DNA from: Acidobacteriota bacterium
GTDB taxonomy: Bacteria; Acidobacteriota; Vicinamibacteria; Vicinamibacterales; UBA2999
Assembly (NCBI GenBank): GCA_016192845.1
Contig: JACPTI010000065.1
Location: 538-64,537 of the forward strand
Length of the DNA: 64,000 nt
Reading direction: 5' to 3'
The notes below the pieces were generated by a model. That model saw nothing but the letters and a program-made list of their open reading frames with translations. It was not told the DNA's origin and made no database searches. Below, piece after piece: positions 59,097-64,000 of the stretch. The translations under genes were made by a program, and so were the position numbers. Positions within the stretch are counted from its first letter, which is position 1, and each line of letters begins with the position of its first letter.

Positions 59097-59830
59097 TGTG
59101 TGTCCCAGAGCGATCCCTGACGCCGGAGATCTTCGACCGCCGCGCGCACCCGCTCGATCAGCTCGTCCCGGTCGTCGAGCGTCAGCCCAGCGGTCGGGAT
59201 CGGCGCGCCAATCCGCACGCTGACGCGCACCGGCCGGACGAAGGCACTCCCCTTCCGCATAGCCGCCCGTCCGCCCTGGACGGCGACTGGGACGATCGGC
59301 ACCTGCGCCTGGATCGCCATGATGAACCCCCCCTTCTTGAACGGCAGGAGTTCTCCGGTACGGCTGCGGGTTCCCTCCGGGAAGATGAGGAACGAGTTGC
59401 CGGCCCGGAGCGACTGGGTGCCCCTGCCGATCGACCCCATGGCCTTCTCGCGGTCACTTCGCTCGATCGGCACAAAGCCTCCGGCGTCGAAGACGATTCC
59501 CATGATCGGGAATTTGTGCAGCTCCGCCTTGTAGAGGATGTGCAACTGCCGGTGGAGGGCGCGGAAGAGCACCGGCGGGTCGACGTTGCTCTCGTGGTTG
59601 GAGCAGAAGATGACCGCGGTCGGCGGCACGTGCTCCCGGCCGACGACGCGGTAGCGGATGCCCGCGAGCGCCAGCGCCAGCCAGACGCCCGCATGTCCCA
59701 GAGTGTACAGGCCGCGCTTCCACCGGAGCACGACCGCGATGAAGAACCCGAGCGGTCCCGCCACGGCGATATAGGCCAGGATCGCCACGTAGGTGACGAC
59801 AGAGCGGAGGGCAACGAGGGTTTCGCGCAT
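59087..59830 (-). CDS. plsC: 1-acyl-sn-glycerol-3-phosphate acyltransferase
   Basis: FCSNHESNVDP (HX4D), FPEGTRS, VPIVPVAV motifs. Confidence 0.85.
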   Translation of the reverse strand: MRETLVALRSVVTYVAILAYIAVAGPLGFFIAVVLRWKRGLYTLGHAGVWLALALAGIRYRVVGREHVPPTAVIFCSNHESNVDPPVLFRALHRQLHILYKAELHKFPIMGIVFDAGGFVPIERSDREKAMGSIGRGTQSLRAGNSFLIFPEGTRSRTGELLPFKKGGFIMAIQAQVPIVPVAVQGGRAAMRKGSAFVRPVRVSVRIGAPIPTAGLTLDDRDELIERVRAAVEDLRRQGSLWDTQSG

Positions 59831-59974
59831 CGAACTTTACGAGTTGACGGATTTACGAATTGAACGGGGCGATGTGAAATTCGTCAATTCGTAATACGTA
59901 GAGGCGTCAATGTACAAAAAAATCGCCCGGGGGACGCGCCCCCCGGGCGGGCGAAGCAGGCTGATGGGTGAAGC

Positions 59975-60568
59975 TTACGAGGCGCGGGCGGCCCGCCGCG
60001 GGGCGGCGATGACGGTCGCCTTGACGGCCTTGGCCACCTTGGCGCGTGCGGAGGCGCGGGCCATGTTGCGCGCCTTCACCATGAAGCACCTTTCGAGCGC
60101 GCGGTCGACCTTCTCCTCGACCTCCGCCGACTTCTCGCGCACGACCTCCGACACCTCCGACACGATGAGCGCCCGGGCGCGGTCGAGCATCCGCTTCTCG
60201 CGGAACGACAGGCTCTTCGACTTGCTCAGGAAGGTGAGGCTCTTGAGCACGTCGGCCATGTCGTAGATGGAGCCGGTCCGCATCTTGTCGGAATTGTCCT
60301 TGAAGCGCCCTTTCCAGTTCTGATGGTTGTCGATCTTGCCGTCGCTCAGGAGCGTGAACAGCCGCACGACTTCCTCGTCACTGATGGCCTTGCGCAGACC
60401 GACGCCCTCGACGTTGGACACCGGCACCAGAACCGTCGTGTCGTTCGAGACAATGCGCAGGTGAAAGAAGCCGCAGGTGGTACCCAGAATGGTTTTCTCT
60501 TCGATCCGTTCAACGATACCGAGCCCGTGATTCGGGTAGATGACCTTGTCGCCGACCTGGAATGTCAC
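59975..60568 (-). CDS. carD: CarD/CdnL-family transcriptional regulator with basic Ala/Lys/Arg-rich C-terminal tail
   Basis: ORF trimmed to GTG 60568, preceded by GGGGGA. FQVGDKVIYPNHGLGIVERIEEK...RMLDRARALI. Tail ARNMARASARAKVAKAVKATVIAAPRRAARAS. Confidence 0.8.
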   Translation of the reverse strand: MTFQVGDKVIYPNHGLGIVERIEEKTILGTTCGFFHLRIVSNDTTVLVPVSNVEGVGLRKAISDEEVVRLFTLLSDGKIDNHQNWKGRFKDNSDKMRTGSIYDMADVLKSLTFLSKSKSLSFREKRMLDRARALIVSEVSEVVREKSAEVEEKVDRALERCFMVKARNMARASARAKVAKAVKATVIAAPRRAARAS

Positions 60569-60627
60569 GTTTCCCCCGTTGGAAGGTTGGTGGTAGGACC
60601 GGTCTCGCTCCGGGAACAGCACCCACA

Positions 60628-60657
60628 AGTATAGCGCACGGGGAGGGCCCCGATCAA
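60628..60657 (-). promoter_or_regulatory. candidate promoter TTGATC-18 nt-TATACT for carD
   Basis: On the minus strand, -35 at 60657-60652 and -10 at 60633-60628, about 55 nt upstream of GTG 60568. Confidence 0.35.
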
Positions 60658-60812
60658 CGAAAATTGGCCAAAAAACGGCCGTTTTGTGCAGTTCGCCCCG
60701 CCTGTTGGCCCATTGCCCGCTCGGTTCCGGACAGTTGGAAACCGACGAGCTGTGACGGTAACTCGTTGGAGATCCGACCAGTTGCGGGACGGCCCATCGG
60801 CAACCTTGAGTC

Positions 60813-60901
60813 GGGTCGTATAGGGGGTCAGACCCCCGTACGACCCGTCACCGGGGTCTGACCCCGTCTACACCCGTCACCGGGGCCTGCCCCCTGTCTA
60901 C
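60813..60901. repeat. hairpin plus two tandem ~30-nt direct repeats immediately upstream of ATG 60911
   Basis: GGGTCGTA..GGGGG-TCAGA-CCCCC..TACGACCC (60813-60846). Direct repeats ACCCGTCACCGGGGTCTGACCCCGTCTAC (60843-60871) and ACCCGTCACCGGGGCCTGCCCCCTGTCTAC (60872-60901). Confidence 0.7.
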
Positions 60902-60910
60902 AATCGACGG

Positions 60911-61429
60911 ATGCCCCATCTCATGGTCACCTCGGCGCTGGCGCTCGGGCTTGCCGTGCAGAGCGCCCGCGCCCCGTTCGTGGCGACGCCGCCCGACGTC
61001 GTGAATCGGATGCTGGCGCTGGCGCGGGTGAGCGCCACCGACGTGGTGTACGACCTGGGGTGCGGCGACGGCCGGATTGTCATCGCGGCAGCCCGCACGT
61101 ACGGCGCACGGGGCGTCGGCGTCGACATCGACCCGGCGCGCATCGAGGAGGCACGGCAGAACGCCCGCCGCGCGGGTGTCGAGCACCTGGTGACGTTCCG
61201 CGTCGAGGACGCGCGCGAGACCGACGTCTCCGAGGCGACGGTGGTCACGCTCTACCTCGTGTCCGCGCTGAACGTGCAGCTGCGCCCCCGCCTCATCACG
61301 CAACTCCGCCGCGGCGCGCGCATCATCTCGCACAACTTTCCGATGGGGGACTGGGAGCCGGATCGGGTGGACGTCTTCAGGAGCGCCGACGGCCAGTCGC
61401 GGACGCTGTATCTGTGGGAAATCGACTGA
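60911..61429 (+). CDS. class I SAM-dependent methyltransferase with N-terminal signal/anchor
   Basis: VVYDLGCGDGRIVIAAA SAM motif, GVGVDID, 172 aa. Confidence 0.75.
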   Translation: MPHLMVTSALALGLAVQSARAPFVATPPDVVNRMLALARVSATDVVYDLGCGDGRIVIAAARTYGARGVGVDIDPARIEEARQNARRAGVEHLVTFRVEDARETDVSEATVVTLYLVSALNVQLRPRLITQLRRGARIISHNFPMGDWEPDRVDVFRSADGQSRTLYLWEID

Positions 61430-61433
61430 GGCG

Positions 61434-62450
61434 TCACGCTCTCGCGAGCGCGAGCTCGACGATCTCCTCGATCAGCTGCGTGTAGGTGCGCCCCGACTTC
61501 CGCGCGGCCATGGCGAACTCGGCGCGTGAGGCCAGCCACGGGTTCGGATTCACCTCGATGACGTGCACGCGGCCGTCCGGCTGCAACCGCATATCGACGC
61601 GGCCGTAGTCGCGCAGCTCGAGCGCCTGATACGCAGCAAGAGCCGTCTGATACAACTGCTGGACCGTCTCGTCGGCCAGGTCCGTGGCGACAGCGGATTT
61701 CGTGTCGCGGTACGCGCGGGTACCCTTCCCCCACTTCACCTCCGCCGCGGCAATCCGGGGAATCCCTTGCGGCAGCTTGGACAGATCGAGCTCGATGATG
61801 GGCAGCGCCTCGGGCTTGTCATTCCCGATGATGCCGACGTACATCTCCCGCCCCTCGATGTACTCCTCGATGAGCACCGGCGAGTCGAAATGCGTGTGCA
61901 GCCAGTCCATCCGCTCCATCAGCTCACGAATGGAGTTGACGACCGCGCTGAACTCGATGCCGATCGACCCGTCTTCCCGCGCCGGCTTCACGATGACCGG
62001 GAACTGGAGGTCGTGCGAGAAGTCGAGCCTTCCCCGGTAGCACTTGGCAAACGTCGGCGTGTGGATGCCGTGGAACGCGAAGATCTTCTTCGCCGTCGCC
62101 TTGTCCTGCGCCAGCATCAGGCCGTGCGCCCCTGAACCTGTGTACTTCTTCCCCACCAGGTCCAGGAACGCCGCAATTTTGAAATCGGCGGTGTCGTCGT
62201 CGGCAAACGAGTCGGCGAGATTGAACACGAGATCGCAGTCGACGCGGGCGAGCCCGAGCAAGCTCTTCTGCGTCCCGTCCAGCTCGTACATCACCGGCTC
62301 GTGTCCGAGCTTCGTCAGCGCCTCGGCGACCTCCTCCTCCACCTCTTTCTTGTCGAGAGTGCGGACGACGGGCGCGCGGTCGCCGGCCTGCTCCTCGCTC
62401 TCGTCGACGAGGACGCGATCGTAGAGTACGACGATCTTCAGCTTGCCCAT
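61434..62450 (-). CDS. ATP-grasp ligase, D-alanine--D-alanine ligase family
   Basis: FPVIVKPAREDGSIGI, LIEEYIEGREMYV, DYGRVDMRL...VIEVNPNP motifs. Confidence 0.8.
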   Translation of the reverse strand: MGKLKIVVLYDRVLVDESEEQAGDRAPVVRTLDKKEVEEEVAEALTKLGHEPVMYELDGTQKSLLGLARVDCDLVFNLADSFADDDTADFKIAAFLDLVGKKYTGSGAHGLMLAQDKATAKKIFAFHGIHTPTFAKCYRGRLDFSHDLQFPVIVKPAREDGSIGIEFSAVVNSIRELMERMDWLHTHFDSPVLIEEYIEGREMYVGIIGNDKPEALPIIELDLSKLPQGIPRIAAAEVKWGKGTRAYRDTKSAVATDLADETVQQLYQTALAAYQALELRDYGRVDMRLQPDGRVHVIEVNPNPWLASRAEFAMAARKSGRTYTQLIEEIVELALARA

Positions 62451-62460
62451 GCCTGAATCA

Positions 62461-62598
62461 GCCGGTAGCTCGTAGCCGGTAGCTGGAGCTGGTAGCCGGT
62501 GCCGCTAGCCGGTAGTATCAACTACAAATTACAGACTACCAACTACCAACTGCTACTACCAACTGCTACCACCTACCGGCTACCAGCTACCAGCTAGG
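62461..62598. repeat. heptamer-word inverted repeat, family E variant (GGTAGCC/GGTAGCT vs CTACCAA/CTACCAG)
   Basis: Left arm 62461-62516, AT-rich spacer ATCAACTACAAATTACAGA, right arm 62536-62598, which covers the stop at 62594-62596. Confidence 0.8.
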
Positions 62599-62884
62599 TT
62601 TCGAATCGCCCCCGCGTGAGAAAATTCATCGCGAGCGTCGTCGCCAGCGCCGTGATCTCCACGAGATAGCGCGCTTCCTCGCCCCGCTCGCCCCATAGCT
62701 TCATCCGCTCGCACGTGCGGCAGATCGAGTCGATCAACCCGCGGACGATCGCGCGCGGCACCCCCGTATACAGCTGCCGGACGTACCCTTCGACCGGGGA
62801 CCCTTCGACGCGCAGTCCGAGCTCGCTGACTTTTTTCCCGAGGACGCCGCGGATTTCCGGGTCGAGCGACTCGAACTTGGCCAC
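62594..62884 (-). CDS. hypothetical protein (96 aa)
   Basis: ORF 62594..62971 trimmed to GTG 62884, because the upstream part is repeat-encoded. Protein-like composition (AKFESLDPEIRGVLGKKVSELGLRVEGSPVEGYVRQLY...). No family recognised. Confidence 0.5.
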   Translation of the reverse strand: MAKFESLDPEIRGVLGKKVSELGLRVEGSPVEGYVRQLYTGVPRAIVRGLIDSICRTCERMKLWGERGEEARYLVEITALATTLAMNFLTRGRFET

Positions 62885-62890
62885 GGAGCG

Positions 62891-62896
62891 ATTATA
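62891..62896 (-). promoter_or_regulatory. perfect TATAAT 6 nt upstream of GTG 62884 (leaderless-type arrangement)
   Basis: The minus strand reads TATAAT-CGCTCC-GTG. Confidence 0.35.
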
Positions 62897-62940
62897 GGGA
62901 GGGTGCGACGATGCGATGATGCGAGGGTGCGATGGTGCGC
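62897..62940. repeat. family C word array (GGTGCGA variants)
   Basis: GGGAGGGTGCGACGATGCGATGATGCGAGGGTGCGATGGTGCGC. Confidence 0.7.
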
Positions 62941-63123
62941 ATAATGCATGTCGCGACACACATGCCGACACCCACGCCGCCCGAACCTGAGCGCATCTCG
63001 ACGCCGCCGGTCCCGCGCCAGGAGCAGCCGGCCGACTCCGAGCGCGAACGCGCGGAGCCGGCGCGGGAGCAGGCGCCGCGCCCGGAGGACGACAAGCGCA
63101 TCGAGCGGTATCGCGAACGCTAG
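62932..63123 (+). CDS. possible small Pro/Glu/Arg-rich protein
   Basis: 63-aa ORF with only 9 A/T-ending codons by my count, like the confident genes here. Disordered composition. The true start may be ATG 62944 or 62959. No family recognised. Confidence 0.3.
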   Translation: MVRIMHVATHMPTPTPPEPERISTPPVPRQEQPADSERERAEPAREQAPRPEDDKRIERYRER

Positions 63124-63326
63124 GGCTCGCGGCAGCTGCCGGCGTCGGTGCGCCGGCGAGACCGATCCCAGTCGCCCCGCGCCTGGTCGCGGTTGGGATT
63201 GCGGTAATGGGTGGCGGCGTGCTCCTGAACGATTTCCGACCCTATCTCGTCCAGGACTTCACGCCGTATTTGCTGGTCCCTCTTCAGTTCCCTGCTTCCA
63301 CCACGTCGGCGATCTGTGATGCGCAT
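63120..63326 (-). CDS. possible small hypothetical protein
   Basis: 68-aa ORF with mixed charged composition (ELKRDQQIRREVLDEIGSEIVQEHAATHY). Weaker third-position G/C bias than neighbouring genes. No family recognised. Confidence 0.3.
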   Translation of the reverse strand: MRITDRRRGGSRELKRDQQIRREVLDEIGSEIVQEHAATHYRNPNRDQARGDWDRSRRRTDAGSCREP

Positions 63327-63357
63327 GAGGTGGCGAGGTCCAAGAGGCGTGCCACTC

Positions 63358-64000
<643 letters not shown>

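Noticed and set aside
62948-63319. 123-aa plus-strand ORF.
   Set aside because: It has an Arg/Ser/Ala-rich composition and overlaps two better-behaved small ORFs in other frames.

Overview
High-GC bacterial chromosomal segment. I did not compute GC. The gene content (a duplicated FtsX 'orphan' permease, several PQQ-like beta-propellers, a Bat/MoxR operon, a CHAD/Ppx module) suggests an Acidobacteriota-like soil bacterium, but that is inference only. I support about 60 protein-coding genes. They are densely packed and many are chained by 1-4 nt start/stop overlaps. I recognised no rRNA, tRNA, CRISPR array, transposase or integrase.

Recognisable content, in order:
- Start of window to about 8.8 kb: amidohydrolase (partial), ABM monooxygenase, decayed DUF2442/DUF4160 pair, penicillin/AHL-acylase, GNAT, two PQQ-like propellers.
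- 8.8-20 kb: a 1120-aa duplicated FtsX permease that is translationally coupled to those two propellers, then a YegS-like lipid kinase, SixA-CHAD-Ppx, YacG, citrate synthase, an M28/glutaminyl-cyclase-like lipoprotein and a LeuA-like synthase.
- 20-21.5 kb: a CBS gene split by a 116-nt double-hairpin insertion, a zinc-ribbon protein and a STAS protein.
- 21.6-35.5 kb: an 8-gene MoxR/DUF58/BatA-vWA operon bracketed by protease-like proteins.
- 35.6-39.3 kb: a KAS / FAD-oxidoreductase / ICMT-methyltransferase lipid-like cluster.
- 39.3-47.7 kb: Lon, a GT-like protein with an AT-hook tail, two tandem PmtA-like methyltransferases, a YitJ-like Hcy-methyltransferase/MTHFR fusion and a metallophosphoesterase.
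- 47.7-49.4 kb: a lower-GC Phd/MazF + RHH islet and an orphan NuoI.
- 49.5-64 kb: LytS/LytTR, LepB, CDF, another propeller, MoaC, Rex, OPT, PlsC, CarD-like, methyltransferase, ATP-grasp ligase, and a sulfite/nitrite reductase (partial).

Main hunt results:
1. Nearly every intergenic gap carries long hairpin-forming arrays. They are tiled from degenerate ~7-nt words with the reverse-complement words on the other arm. At least five word families recur at distant loci in the window.
2. Two further REP-like palindrome families are present.
3. Copies of these elements sit in frame inside or at the ends of coding sequences. One copy has a 9-bp flanking direct repeat, which looks like a transposition-style footprint.
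4. A ~330-nt intergenic region (4187-4520) is packed with nested helices. It is a candidate structured RNA, or stacked MITEs.
5. The extended MoxR operon and the FtsX-propeller operon are the best candidates for uncharacterised protein systems. I cannot show that either is novel without database searches.

All element coordinates were counted by hand and may be off by 1-2 nt.
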